Of a DNA stretch of 56,477 bases, positions 25,997 to 35,310 are shown piece by piece. The position numbers and the translations under genes are program-made. The stretch is from a virus (taxonomy: Duplodnaviria > Caudoviricetes), in the IMG/VR virus record IMGVR_UViG_3300043173_000175, positions 1 through 56,477 of that record. One strand, 5' to 3'. Positions within the stretch are counted from its first letter, which is position 1, and each line of letters starts with the position of its first letter. The notes under the pieces were generated by a model. That model did no database searches and had not been told where the DNA came from. It saw nothing but the letters and a program-made list of their open reading frames with translations.

Positions 25997-26302
25997 TCAC
26001 CAGCGAATGCCCATCTTTTTTTTTCGCAATGCCACGGTAAGTGCCGCCTTAATACCCTCATCGCGATCTGCGTCATTACACGACCTACATCGCTTGCTTT
26101 CTCTGCAGCCGGTATATGTCCTCTTTACAAAAACATCTCCACCGCAGCTTGCGCAAACGAGCCGATCCCATCGGTTTTGCTCGACATGGCGCACGGCGGT
26201 CTTGTGTCCACCAGTGATTTTCTTAGTAAATGCAGCGGCCCTGGATATGCCGTAATGGCAGCCAGTTCCGACCAGCCTTCCTTTGCCGCTATTACCCATC
26301 AC
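25997..26302 (-). CDS. Hypothetical Zn-finger protein
   Basis: CASC...CRSC pairs. Confidence 0.45.
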   Translation of the reverse strand: MMGNSGKGRLVGTGCHYGISRAAAFTKKITGGHKTAVRHVEQNRWDRLVCASCGGDVFVKRTYTGCRESKRCRSCNDADRDEGIKAALTVALRKKKMGIRW

Positions 26303-26513
26303 CCTCTCCCGCGTACTTCACAAGCGCTTGCGCGTAATGTTCAAAATCGTTCGGCAAATTAAGGTCATGCTGGCCGATCACCCGATGGATGTTGCGCTCG
26401 TAGGTCACACAGACGCCGCCGAGCGGTTGCCAGCCGTGGCAGATATGCTCGTAAACAGTCTCGACCAGCAGGCCGCTATTGATCGCTGAAACAACCGTGT
26501 AGTCGGTAATCAT
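26292..26513 (-). CDS. DUF1737-like protein
   Basis: Y.VV.....L...V...I..GWQP.GGV ... YAQALVK. Confidence 0.65.
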   Translation of the reverse strand: MITDYTVVSAINSGLLVETVYEHICHGWQPLGGVCVTYERNIHRVIGQHDLNLPNDFEHYAQALVKYAGEGDG

Positions 26514-26830
26514 GGCTCGACTCCCAGCCCATTGCAGGCGATCTCATAGAACGCCTTGATTCGATTCTCGAGGCTCAGGCTGATCGCGGTCGGGGCTGAG
26601 TTTGCGCGGATAGACTCGAGCGCCTCACGCATCCGACACAGCTCCTTGTAATCGTCGCCGCGCATCTTCGGATAGTCGTACTCCCGCCATGCCTCGTCGC
26701 CATCGATCGCGCTCTGACAGCGAGCGCGGATCCAGTACAGCCGGCGCGTAGGTCTGGCGCAATTCCGCGCCACCCGCACGACATGATCCAGGGCATCGAG
26801 CAGTCGCTCCTCGAGGTCAGCCATGCTCAT
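26510..26830 (-). CDS. Hypothetical protein
   Basis: ORF from MSMADLEE; start chosen by inspection. Confidence 0.5.
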   Translation of the reverse strand: MSMADLEERLLDALDHVVRVARNCARPTRRLYWIRARCQSAIDGDEAWREYDYPKMRGDDYKELCRMREALESIRANSAPTAISLSLENRIKAFYEIACNGLGVEP

Positions 26831-27020
26831 CCACGATCCTTTGCCGCTTAACACAAAAGTTGCACGGCTCGATAGTCGGATCGGCGCCAATACGCCCCCA
26901 CGGCAGCGTCTTAATTACCCCGCTCTTGCAGTCCACGTTCGGGCATACAGCTTCATTGAGTAGGTCACAGGCGTCGGTCAAGGCGCACCGCAGCTCAGTC
27001 ACTTCATGTTCAGCACTCAT
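26817..27020 (-). CDS. Small Cys-containing hypothetical protein
   Basis: 67 aa, GGAGG RBS. Confidence 0.5.
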   Translation of the reverse strand: MSAEHEVTELRCALTDACDLLNEAVCPNVDCKSGVIKTLPWGRIGADPTIEPCNFCVKRQRIVDEHG

Positions 27021-27283
27021 CCTGACCTCCTCACGAAATACCGACCCTGCACGGTAATTTCCTCATACCTGAGCGCCGCCATGAAGGCAGCATCGCGCAG
27101 CTCTCCGGGCGTGTACTTGTGTTGCATGGCATGGGCCAGCAGCAGATCCACCAAGTTGTGAAAAAGCGGATCGTTCTCATATCGATGCCGGCAGTCGTGA
27201 TAGGTGGTCTCTGCCTCCTCGAGTCGCCGCTCCCTTACCTCGAGCCGCAGCTCACGGTCACTCATCTTTGCTGGATCTTTCAT
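27017..27283 (-). CDS. Hypothetical protein
   Basis: 88 aa; Y.NDP.FH.LVD motif. Confidence 0.6.
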   Translation of the reverse strand: MKDPAKMSDRELRLEVRERRLEEAETTYHDCRHRYENDPLFHNLVDLLLAHAMQHKYTPGELRDAAFMAALRYEEITVQGRYFVRRSG

Positions 27284-27436
27284 CTCGTGCCCTCGTAAGT
27301 GCGCGCCACCGTACCAGCAGCGCGTGTCTGCGGAATGACTTGACCATCGGATCCCGCAGCGACGGATCTCGAAAATCGATACCCGGCAACAGCGTCACCT
27401 CATCGTCCTGATTGAGCGGTAATTGCACGACCCTCA

Positions 27437-27706
27437 TCAGTGAATCCCCACTTCATAGACGTACTCAGCGCCGCGGGCCACGTTCGGGCACTTTTCCATT
27501 ACCTCATCGGAAAGCTGCGACATCGAGATCCGCTTGAATATGAACTCAGCGTCATCGCCATCGCGGGCCTCGCGCAGCAAGTGGCTTTCGCCATCCATAT
27601 ACAGGCGCTCAGGAGGTGGCCAGTCAAACTCGAGATCCTCGAGCATGATCCGCCGCCGCCCCATAGCCATCATGTTCAGCAAAACGTGGTCGTGCTCAGC
27701 CATCAC
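27437..27706 (-). CDS. Hypothetical protein
   Basis: 89 aa. Confidence 0.5.
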   Translation of the reverse strand: MMAEHDHVLLNMMAMGRRRIMLEDLEFDWPPPERLYMDGESHLLREARDGDDAEFIFKRISMSQLSDEVMEKCPNVARGAEYVYEVGIH

Positions 27707-28100
27707 AGCTTGCTCGGAGGGGCGAGCCGGAGTCGATGGCAGGTCTCTGTGATGTTAGGAACGCCCATGGGGGATTTGCCGCGAAATCTTCGGCGGTCGG
27801 GAGTAGGTCCAACTGCTTCGCTATGATGCAGCGCCCGTACTTGTCGGCCTGACGCCTGCCGAAATGTCTCACCAGTTTGTCGTGGTAGGTGATCGTTCCT
27901 GGATGACACGGCGGCGCAACTGACCGCTTGATTCGCTCCACGGCAAACCGGCGTGACCCGGAGCCGGTTCCGCGCTTTTTTTTGCGGTCACGCGGATCCC
28001 TTGTCTTTGGATCTGGGTAGTGGTGAGTAACCGGGCGGCCAAAAACCCCTGCAATTATGCCGAATAGGCCGGCCATTCGTCTGATCGTTCCACCTTTCAT
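27696..28100 (-). CDS. Basic hypothetical protein
   Basis: 134 aa, ATGA-coupled to the RHH gene. Confidence 0.5.
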   Translation of the reverse strand: MKGGTIRRMAGLFGIIAGVFGRPVTHHYPDPKTRDPRDRKKKRGTGSGSRRFAVERIKRSVAPPCHPGTITYHDKLVRHFGRRQADKYGRCIIAKQLDLLPTAEDFAANPPWAFLTSQRPAIDSGSPLRASCDG

Positions 28101-28267
28101 ATTGGTATCCCCTGTTTTTTTGCCTCGTGACGAACGAATCTCCCCACGTAAGCGGCCATGGATAGCCCCTCACCAGCCGCCAGCGCCTTCAGCGCCTTAT
28201 GGTCGGCAAGGTACATCCGAATTGTTAGAACCTCCGTTTTGGTCCTGATGGTCGTTTTCTTGCTCAC
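28097..28267 (-). CDS. Ribbon-helix-helix (Arc/CopG-like) regulator, 56 aa
   Basis: Read manually: MSKKTTIRTKTEVLTIRMYLADHKALKALAAGEGLSMAAYVGRFVRHEAKKQGIPI; alternating beta strand then helix-G.S-helix. Confidence 0.65.
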   Translation of the reverse strand: MSKKTTIRTKTEVLTIRMYLADHKALKALAAGEGLSMAAYVGRFVRHEAKKQGIPI

Positions 28268-28273
28268 CCCGAG

Positions 28274-28321
28274 AGTGTAATGACATTTGTATAGACACGC
28301 AATACATATGCGAGTTAAAAT
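28274..28321. promoter_or_regulatory. Back-to-back divergent sigma70-type promoters
   Basis: Minus: TTGCGT-17-TACACT (28302-28274); plus: TAGACA-18-TAAAAT (28292-28321); AT-rich point where gene orientation switches. Confidence 0.65.
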
Positions 28322-28376
28322 CCCTTTTCGAGTTTTTCGATTTCGACACCTAAGGTGTCACTACGAGGAGAAAGCA

Positions 28377-29486
28377 ATGACCATGACAGACAAAGAGAAG
28401 CGGGCTCTGCACGACGCAGGCGCCACACACACCTACCAGAGCGCAGACGAGCTATTCAACGCACCGATCGCATTCAATGTGAACGATGCCACGATCGCCG
28501 AAATTGCTGAACAATGCAAAGAGGTCGACGCCTACAAGAACCTCGCGGGCGCCAAGCTCGCCAAGAAAGTCCTCACCAAAATGCGCACCACCCTGGGCGA
28601 TGCCCACAAAGAGGCCAAGTCTGGCGCACTCGAGTACGGGCGCAAGGTTGACGCCGAAAAGAACCGGCTGCTGGTCCTGATCCGAGAGATCGAGGATCCG
28701 ATCAGCAAGGATCTCGACGACATCAAAAACGAGGCCGCCCTCAAGGAAGCCGAACGAGTGCAGCACATTCTCACGCACATCGAACGACTGCAGTCCTATG
28801 CGCTGGACCGCCACACCTCTACGCTCGAGGAGCTGCAAGCAAAACGCGAGGCGCTGGCCGCCGAGGAGCTGACCGAAGAGGTGTATCAGGAAAGGCTCGA
28901 GGACGCCCAGCTCACCAAGGACGAGGCCGACATGAAGCTGCGCATTACCATCCAGAACGAGAAGGAGCGCATCGAGCAGGAGGAAGCGCAGCGCATGGCA
29001 GCCGAGGAGAATCAGCGCCTCGCCGATGAGCTGGCTGAGCGGCAGGCCGCCATGGATGCCGAGGACGTCAACCGCAAAGAGAAGCAGGCCGCCGCCGACG
29101 CTGAGCGCCGCAAGATAGACGACGCCGACGCCGCTAAGCGCAAGGCTGAGCAGGACAAGATCGCCGCGGAGCAGGCCGCTGCCCAGAAGATCATCGATGA
29201 CGAGAATGCTCGCATCGCTCAGGAGGCTGCCGACAAGGCGGTCAAGGAGCAGGCCGAGCGTGACGAGGAGGAGCGCAAGAACCTCGAAGCCGAGGCAGAG
29301 GCCAGAGCCATCGAGCAGGCGCCTGACCGTGACAAGCTGCTGCTGTATGCAGACGCGGTCGACCACCTCATCAAAGTAAAACCCACGCTCGCCACTGACG
29401 TCGCCAGCGAGGTGCTGCTGCAGGCAGTCTCTATGCTGATCGAGGTGGCCTACGACATCCGTAAACAAACAGAGGAAATGAAATGA
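28377..29486 (+). CDS. Coiled-coil phage protein of the recombination module (DUF1351-like)
   Basis: GAGGAG RBS; long E/K/A/R helical stretch; precedes ERF. Confidence 0.6.
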   Translation: MTMTDKEKRALHDAGATHTYQSADELFNAPIAFNVNDATIAEIAEQCKEVDAYKNLAGAKLAKKVLTKMRTTLGDAHKEAKSGALEYGRKVDAEKNRLLVLIREIEDPISKDLDDIKNEAALKEAERVQHILTHIERLQSYALDRHTSTLEELQAKREALAAEELTEEVYQERLEDAQLTKDEADMKLRITIQNEKERIEQEEAQRMAAEENQRLADELAERQAAMDAEDVNRKEKQAAADAERRKIDDADAAKRKAEQDKIAAEQAAAQKIIDDENARIAQEAADKAVKEQAERDEEERKNLEAEAEARAIEQAPDRDKLLLYADAVDHLIKVKPTLATDVASEVLLQAVSMLIEVAYDIRKQTEEMK

Positions 29487-30589
29487 ACGACACAGTAGAG
29501 GTAAACGTGAAGCGACTGGCCAATATCGAGGCCACTCAGGAGAAGCTGCACAGCAGCATCATCGAGTCAAACAAAGAGGCTCGTGGCTACGTCGACCAGC
29601 AGCTCAAGCGAGTCGACTTAAACCCCATCAGCCAGCGCCTTGCCACGGCTGAGGACATCATCAAGCAGTTCAGCAAGGACTTTATCGAGTCGCACGACGA
29701 CCTTGGGGCAAGGATCCACGGCCACACCGAGGCGCTCACCAAGCTGCATGTCAGGCTCGAGAGCACCGAGGGCCGCTCGGATTTAGTGAAAGGCTTTACT
29801 GACAAGCTGCACAACAGGCTTGAGCTGGTCGAGAGCAGGCCAGAGAACGAGGAGCGATTTGGCGTCATTCACCACCAGATCGAAAGGATGGAAGCGCTCA
29901 TAAAGGAATCGCTCCAGCCGGAAACGCCCGACCTCTCTGAGATCTACACGGCATTGGCCGCTGCCCAGCTCGAGATCCAGAATGCCGAAGCCAACATCCA
30001 GAACGAGTTTCTCGACAAGCGGTACGCAGATCTGGCCTCGACCTTGAACGCCGTGCGCGAGCCGCTGGCCAAGAATGGCATCGCGCTGTTCCAGCAGACG
30101 GCTGACCCAGGACAGGGAGTGCTCGGCATCAAGACGACGCTGGCGCACACATCAGGCCAGACGCTCGAGGATCTCATTACGATGTCGCCGCCTAAGAACG
30201 ATCCTCAGGGCATCGGATCCTGCAGGACATACATGCGCAGGTACGCCGTGCTCGCCATGTGTGGCATCGCTGGGGCTCTCGACGACGACGCTGAGCGCAC
30301 CAAGATAGACCCAGATGACTACCCGCGGATCAATACCGGAGAGGTGGAGAAGATCATCTACCACGCCGACGAGCTGTTCGGCGAACACGCTGATGATGCA
30401 GTCAAGCTGATGCTCGACAGAGTGTTCAGCGCACAGGGCAAGATCACCGTGGTCGGTGACATTCGAGAGGGTGAGATGCAGACCGCGCTCACCTACCTGG
30501 ACAACGCCAAGAAGGCTCGGGACAAGCGCGAAGCCAAGGCCAAGGCTAACGAGAAGGTCGCCGCGAAAGCTGCAGCCGAGAAGAAATGA
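29483..30589 (+). CDS. erf: ERF-family ssDNA annealing protein with N-terminal coiled-coil extension
   Basis: YADL......V..PL.K.GI, T.L.H.SG and Q..GS..TY.RRY...A..GI...DDD motifs. Confidence 0.85.
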   Translation: MNDTVEVNVKRLANIEATQEKLHSSIIESNKEARGYVDQQLKRVDLNPISQRLATAEDIIKQFSKDFIESHDDLGARIHGHTEALTKLHVRLESTEGRSDLVKGFTDKLHNRLELVESRPENEERFGVIHHQIERMEALIKESLQPETPDLSEIYTALAAAQLEIQNAEANIQNEFLDKRYADLASTLNAVREPLAKNGIALFQQTADPGQGVLGIKTTLAHTSGQTLEDLITMSPPKNDPQGIGSCRTYMRRYAVLAMCGIAGALDDDAERTKIDPDDYPRINTGEVEKIIYHADELFGEHADDAVKLMLDRVFSAQGKITVVGDIREGEMQTALTYLDNAKKARDKREAKAKANEKVAAKAAAEKK

Positions 30590-30882
30590 GCCGCTCCATA
30601 CGGAATCGACATGCCGGCTACCGCGCCAAGGAGGAGCCCATCTGCGTGATTATCATGGAGTGTGACGTCGACGATCCATTCAGATCTCACGGCGCCATCA
30701 TCATGGAGCAGTACCCCAGTGACTCGCCGGAGCAAGTGATGGAGCGAGGCAAGGCGCTCGCTGATGGCGGTAAGTACGGGCGCGTCTGGACTGGCACGGT
30801 TAGGGACATCACCTTGGTCCCACCGACGCCGCTCGAGGATAACAACGACAACGCCAAACCGCTCGAAGGTGCGGAGGCATGA
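30586..30882 (+). CDS. Hypothetical protein
   Basis: 98 aa, coupled overlaps. Confidence 0.5.
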   Translation: MSRSIRNRHAGYRAKEEPICVIIMECDVDDPFRSHGAIIMEQYPSDSPEQVMERGKALADGGKYGRVWTGTVRDITLVPPTPLEDNNDNAKPLEGAEA

Positions 30883-31070
30883 GCGGCCAACAGAAATACC
30901 TCAGAGACACTGATCTTGCCACGCGCTACTCAATCAGCCGCTCGACCGTCTGGCGCTGGCGAGCAAGGGGCTTGCTGCCAGAGCCCATTGTTATTGGCGG
31001 TTCAACCCGATGGAAGTTGAGCGACATCGAGGAGTTTGATGCTCAGCGCGACAGCCTCGTGCATATCTGA
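30879..31070 (+). CDS. AlpA/excisionase-like HTH protein
   Basis: YLR..DLA.RY.ISRSTVWRW...G.LP.PI.IG..TRW....I. Confidence 0.8.
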   Translation: MSGQQKYLRDTDLATRYSISRSTVWRWRARGLLPEPIVIGGSTRWKLSDIEEFDAQRDSLVHI

Positions 31071-31720
31071 TGGACTGCCGCATCATCGAAGTCGAGCAGC
31101 CATCCGACAAGTGGCTGGATCTACGCCGCACCCGGATTACCTGCTCGCGGCTCGCCGATGTCATGGCCAAGAAGGACACCAAGCGCTACAAGCGATACCG
31201 CGAGGAGAAGATCAAAGAGCTGTGCGGCCACAAGGGAGTCGAGGAGACTCCTGAGTGGGCGCAGCACGGCAAGGAGAACGAGGGCCGTGCGCTGGCAGCC
31301 TACGAGTATCAGACTGGGCTCGAGGTCTCGCATAATCTGTTCCTGATCTCGAACAAGTACGACTGGCTGAGCTGCTCTCCCGACCTACTGCACCTACCTG
31401 ACTATGATGATGGAGGTGAGGTCAAGTGCCGAGCGCTGTATAAGAACTACCGGAAGTTCAGGCAGCTCGCGATCGACAAGGAGGGCGGCACCAATGCCTG
31501 CCCACCAGAGGACAGGCATCAGGTCCAGGGTGCCATCTGGGTCACTGGCCTGCCGCGCTGGGCGTTTATCAACTACTACATTGGGTCAGACTTGGAGGGC
31601 GGCATGGCCCAGAAGCTACACACGGTATGGATCCCAAGGGACCAGCGGCTCATTGACTTGATGGAGGTGAGGTGTCTGGAATTTATGAAGGAATGTTATG
31701 AGGGAGCGGGGCTGGCATGA
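31070..31720 (+). CDS. YqaJ / lambda exonuclease family protein
   Basis: Q.S..W...R...IT.S, G...E..A...Y, SPD, EVKC and QVQ motifs. Confidence 0.85.
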   Translation: MDCRIIEVEQPSDKWLDLRRTRITCSRLADVMAKKDTKRYKRYREEKIKELCGHKGVEETPEWAQHGKENEGRALAAYEYQTGLEVSHNLFLISNKYDWLSCSPDLLHLPDYDDGGEVKCRALYKNYRKFRQLAIDKEGGTNACPPEDRHQVQGAIWVTGLPRWAFINYYIGSDLEGGMAQKLHTVWIPRDQRLIDLMEVRCLEFMKECYEGAGLA

Positions 31721-31935
31721 TAAATTTCGGATTCGGATTTGTCACAGGAACGCTAATTACTGCTGCGACAATAGGCTTCCTGCTATCGCCAGCATTACCA
31801 CCCGAGCTGGAGCTGGAGGCCTACCAACTGTGTATGCAATCGGCGAGCACCACTCGATGTCAAATGACACCGCAGGATTTCGTGCGGTACTACGAACTGA
31901 AACACCAACTGGAGAACGACAATGGGGAAAAATAA
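31717..31935 (+). CDS. Small membrane-anchored protein
   Basis: N-terminal hydrophobic helix. Confidence 0.5.
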   Translation: MINFGFGFVTGTLITAATIGFLLSPALPPELELEAYQLCMQSASTTRCQMTPQDFVRYYELKHQLENDNGEK

Positions 31936-32221
31936 AATAGCTGAAGCGGTCAAGGCCGCAGTCAACTCGGAGAGGGCAATGGGTAACGAGCCACCGCCAC
32001 CGCCACCGCCACCGCCCAAGCCTGAGCCACTTGCTCCGTGCCCTTGTGGCAAGGTGCCTGAGTCGCTGATGCTTGAGCTGCCCAACCCGCCGATCAAGTA
32101 CGGTCGTGCAATCGGACAGTGCTGTGGCATCTGGGGCATCGAGTTCTTTAACGCCTACCAGACCGGCGAGGACACCATCAGGCTGGCAACCGAGGCGTGG
32201 AATAGCGCGGTGAGAGGGTGA
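31922..32221 (+). CDS. Lar-like Zn-finger protein with poly-Pro linker
   Basis: L.PCPCG ... CCG ... A.EAWN pattern reminiscent of the Lar restriction-alleviation family. Confidence 0.45.
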   Translation: MGKNKIAEAVKAAVNSERAMGNEPPPPPPPPPKPEPLAPCPCGKVPESLMLELPNPPIKYGRAIGQCCGIWGIEFFNAYQTGEDTIRLATEAWNSAVRG

Positions 32222-32369
32222 GGGCGCTGCCCTGGGTACTCCTCGCGCTCCTGTTTGGCGGCTTGGGATTGGCTCTATTGCTATTGTGGTGGATCCGCGA
32301 GGGCGGCTTGACTATGATGTAGCTCTCGTAGTGCCCGCCCCTGTCGTGGGTGAAGAAAAGAGCAGGATC

Positions 32370-32400
32370 AAGGCCCCAGAAATGGGGCCTTTTTACTTTT
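32370..32400 (+). terminator. Rho-independent terminator at convergent junction
   Basis: AAGGCCCCA-GAAA-TGGGGCCTT followed by TTTACTTTT. Confidence 0.85.
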
Positions 32401-32527
32401 TGGAGAGTGGCGTCTTGGCTTTTCGCTTGAAGCCCCCGGTTGCATAGTACATCGCCATTTGTTTCTTGGTAAACGTCCGACCGGATGGCGACTTGTATCG
32501 ATTCTTGCTTATTTTCTTGAATGGCAT
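32393..32527 (-). CDS. Small basic protein (44 aa)
   Basis: Read manually: MPFKKISKNRYKSPSGRTFTKKQMAMYYATGGFKRKAKTPLSKK. Confidence 0.5.
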   Translation of the reverse strand: MPFKKISKNRYKSPSGRTFTKKQMAMYYATGGFKRKAKTPLSKK

Positions 32528-32737
32528 TTAATTGCCGGCGTCGATTGCTTTGTTTCTACCCTCGAGGCGGGCAACAGCACGAGAGATCCCCGGCACGGTT
32601 GAACACACTGACTCAATGTGCTCGACCTTTTCCTCGACCCTTGTGATGCGGTGCTCACCACGCACAGCCATGCCGACCACGGCAATCAGTATCACAATAG
32701 TCTGGCCAACAATCGCCATCCACAGCTCAGGGCTCAT
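32528..32737 (-). CDS. Single-TM coiled-coil protein (lysis-associated)
   Basis: N-terminal TM, RITRVEE, ARLEG. Confidence 0.55.
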   Translation of the reverse strand: MSPELWMAIVGQTIVILIAVVGMAVRGEHRITRVEEKVEHIESVCSTVPGISRAVARLEGRNKAIDAGN

Positions 32738-33008
32738 TGTTCTCTCCCATCAGGGCCTTGAACGCATCGCGAACGGCTTGCTTATTCTCGGATATGTCCT
32801 CAGCATTTTCGGATCCAGTTCGGGTGTTGTCAGCAATATCAGTCCTGATGTCGACGATGTTGGTGTCGGTAGCGAGGTCGGTCTCAGCAAGCCGAGCCCT
32901 GACCCGCCAGTCGATCGCGACCAGATCAAGGAACGCCAGCACCACGAAGATCACAGTGACCTGAGCCCAGTTGTCCTTGACGGCCTGATACAGGCTGACC
33001 TTACTCAT
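32727..33008 (-). CDS. Single-TM protein
   Basis: TM helix WAQVTVIFVVLAFLDLVAI. Confidence 0.5.
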   Translation of the reverse strand: MSKVSLYQAVKDNWAQVTVIFVVLAFLDLVAIDWRVRARLAETDLATDTNIVDIRTDIADNTRTGSENAEDISENKQAVRDAFKALMGENNEP

Positions 33009-33669
33009 CCTCGTCATCATCCATGCCCAGCGCTGCGAACACGGCCATCTTCTGCTCGTAGCTGTACTGCTCAGGAGGTGGAGCTACAGCCTGCACGACA
33101 CGAGGCCGCGGCGCCGGCTTGCGCTCGAGAGTCTCGACACGCTGCTCGAGACTGACCTGAGCCATCTGCACCACCTGAATGTCCTCCTCGTGCTCCTCCT
33201 CGAGGATCATCTGCGAGACAGGTTTGCCCGGAGGCCTCGGAGCTGAGACCTTGTTGGCCACGATGCAATGCTTCGCGTCCTCAAAGTGCTTGGCAATCTC
33301 AGGGATGTCGCAGCGCATGACGGCGGCCATCTGCCGCAGCCCCTTGGCGTCATACATCTCAGCAGCACACCACTTATTCAGCACCAGCTTTTGCCTACCG
33401 ACGAGGATCGTATCCCACGCCGTTGAGCCCATGCAGTCATTGATGTCAACGTCGAATGACGAGCGACCGAAGCCGAGAGCCAGTGACTTGTCATCGATCG
33501 AGGTATCACCGCCGAGGATCTCATTGACCACCTCGATGTCACCGCCACCGTCATCATGGTGATTGTGGCCGTGGCCATCGTCGCCCCATGCCGTTCGGAT
33601 TGCCGACACGAATATCAGAGCTGCTATCACGAGCACCGCCAGCATCCAGTTACTTTTCAACCACTTCAT
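33001..33669 (-). CDS. Exported/membrane-anchored Cys-containing protein
   Basis: MKWLKSNW plus hydrophobic leader, His-rich patch, four Cys. Confidence 0.55.
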   Translation of the reverse strand: MKWLKSNWMLAVLVIAALIFVSAIRTAWGDDGHGHNHHDDGGGDIEVVNEILGGDTSIDDKSLALGFGRSSFDVDINDCMGSTAWDTILVGRQKLVLNKWCAAEMYDAKGLRQMAAVMRCDIPEIAKHFEDAKHCIVANKVSAPRPPGKPVSQMILEEEHEEDIQVVQMAQVSLEQRVETLERKPAPRPRVVQAVAPPPEQYSYEQKMAVFAALGMDDDEDE

Positions 33670-34094
33670 AATGCCACCGCTATCAGGCCCAGGGCGATGA
33701 CGCCGCGGTGCCAAAGGTTATCGATCTGGTGTGCGTTGCGCTCCTGCTCGAGCATGTCCTCGCGCACCTCCATCCAAACATTCTGGTGCCTGACGCACTC
33801 GATCAGGGCATTCACTTCATCGTTGCGGGCCTGCAAGGCCGCAGCGTTGAGGTCGCCGACCATCTTATTTCCCAGTGAGGCTTTGCGTAGGCGCTCAAAC
33901 TGCAGCATTCCCTCGAAGTCGAATGTAGCTGTGTCCTCAGTCCTGCTCACCTCTACGGGCATCTCAGGGACGCTCTGAAGCTGCGCGATCATATCAAGAG
34001 GCGCTGGAACCTCGCAGCTCGGCGGCGAGATCTGCGTGGTGCTACACGCTGTCAGGCTTGCGCCAAGAATCAAGAATGCTGCTAACCGTTTCAC
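33666..34094 (-). CDS. Lipoprotein, putative outer-membrane spanin
   Basis: Lipobox LTAC; overlaps the preceding i-spanin-like gene. Confidence 0.6.
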   Translation of the reverse strand: MKRLAAFLILGASLTACSTTQISPPSCEVPAPLDMIAQLQSVPEMPVEVSRTEDTATFDFEGMLQFERLRKASLGNKMVGDLNAAALQARNDEVNALIECVRHQNVWMEVREDMLEQERNAHQIDNLWHRGVIALGLIAVAL

Positions 34095-34335
34095 CTTGAG
34101 TACCTACCTTGTTGACTGTTGCCTTGCCGACCTCAGAGGCCTCGTCGGCTTGGGCCTGCAGCTTATCTGCTTTCGTGCCCAGCTTCTTGGCCTTGTCCTG
34201 AGAGGCTTTCGTGTTGTCGTGCATGAGATGGTCGCGCTGCGCCACCGCCTGCTTGAGCTTGCGCTCGGGCCTGCCCAGTATTGCGAACCCTACGATCGCA
34301 AGGAAAGACCCAAACGCAAGAAGCCACTTGTTCAC
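34042..34335 (-). CDS. Putative inner-membrane spanin
   Basis: N-terminal TM plus helical domain, in lysis cluster. Confidence 0.55.
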   Translation of the reverse strand: MNKWLLAFGSFLAIVGFAILGRPERKLKQAVAQRDHLMHDNTKASQDKAKKLGTKADKLQAQADEASEVGKATVNKVGTQGETVSSILDSWRKPDSV

Positions 34336-34511
34336 TTGAGCACCCGCTCCTTCTTGAAGTACCCAAAGACTGCAGCCACAAACGCAGTCGATCCACTGAC
34401 GACAGTGGCCGATACGGTTAGATCAGTGAAGTTATCGACCAACCCCCAAACGAGGGTGATCCCTGCTGCTGCCAGAGTTGCTGCTGTGATCGTGCTTGAT
34501 GGTCTGTCCAT
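34332..34511 (-). CDS. Putative holin (59 aa, two TM)
   Basis: Read manually: MDRPSSTITAATLAAAGITLVWGLVDNFTDLTVSATVVSGSTAFVAAVFGYFKKERVLK; AGGAGG RBS, basic tail. Confidence 0.65.
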   Translation of the reverse strand: MDRPSSTITAATLAAAGITLVWGLVDNFTDLTVSATVVSGSTAFVAAVFGYFKKERVLK

Positions 34512-34527
34512 GTCAGCCTCCTTGCTG

Positions 34528-34917
34528 TCACTCGAACTTTTTGAGTATCACGCGCCGCGGTTTACCAGTGTATTTCTTGAACAGCGGGACGCTCGGATCC
34601 GACTCAACACCACCGACCACGATCGCGTAGCCCTCTATCCGGTAGGTTCCGGGCTGAGGTATCGCCGCAGCAAACACCTCCTCCTGATCCAGCCCCTCAC
34701 CAGTATCGGGCACGGTCGCTGTGAACACCGGCACCGTGTCATTCTGCCGGTAGATCTCAATGCGAATCGCATCAAGATCGCCGGCCTCGATCAGAGTGTC
34801 ATCGACGTATGAGTCAGGATTTGTCCAGCCGACCGTGACGTCCTTCGGAAAATCCTGCTGCGCGAGCGCCGAAGCACTGAGCAAGCACAGCGCAATCGCG
34901 GCAAGAACAGCCCTCAT
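34528..34917 (-). CDS. Secreted fibronectin-III-like protein
   Basis: Signal peptide ending ALA; V.W.NP, Y, G.ES.PS pattern. Confidence 0.55.
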   Translation of the reverse strand: MRAVLAAIALCLLSASALAQQDFPKDVTVGWTNPDSYVDDTLIEAGDLDAIRIEIYRQNDTVPVFTATVPDTGEGLDQEEVFAAAIPQPGTYRIEGYAIVVGGVESDPSVPLFKKYTGKPRRVILKKFE

Positions 34918-35300
34918 TAGACTAAGCCGCCACGGCTTTCACGCTTGTTGTTGCGAGATCTCAAAACAATGTCAGGGCCAGCGATCTCAGCCGTGATCGT
35001 TTGTTCAACCATGTCGAGCTGGCCGACGACCACCGTGGCAACCGCGTAAGGCCTATCCTGGGCCACCGACCCCTCAGCCTCAACGATCTCCTCGAGATCA
35101 AACCTGCCGAGCTGGTCGGCTGTGTCGGTAATCTGGTCTGGACTCACGAAGGCCAGCGTGTCTGCCGCTAACTCTCTGTGCCGGCGATCCTGTTTGTTTC
35201 TCGTGTCATCGTGATCGCCGTTCAGGTCAGTGTACCTGCTGATCCTGCGGTTACGCTGGGTTGCGTCGTTCCTGAATCCCGGATTTTTAATACTTGCCAT
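34917..35300 (-). CDS. Hypothetical protein
   Basis: 127 aa; AAGGAGCACGACATG start context. Confidence 0.55.
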   Translation of the reverse strand: MASIKNPGFRNDATQRNRRISRYTDLNGDHDDTRNKQDRRHRELAADTLAFVSPDQITDTADQLGRFDLEEIVEAEGSVAQDRPYAVATVVVGQLDMVEQTITAEIAGPDIVLRSRNNKRESRGGLV

Positions 35301-35310
35301 GTCGTGCTCC

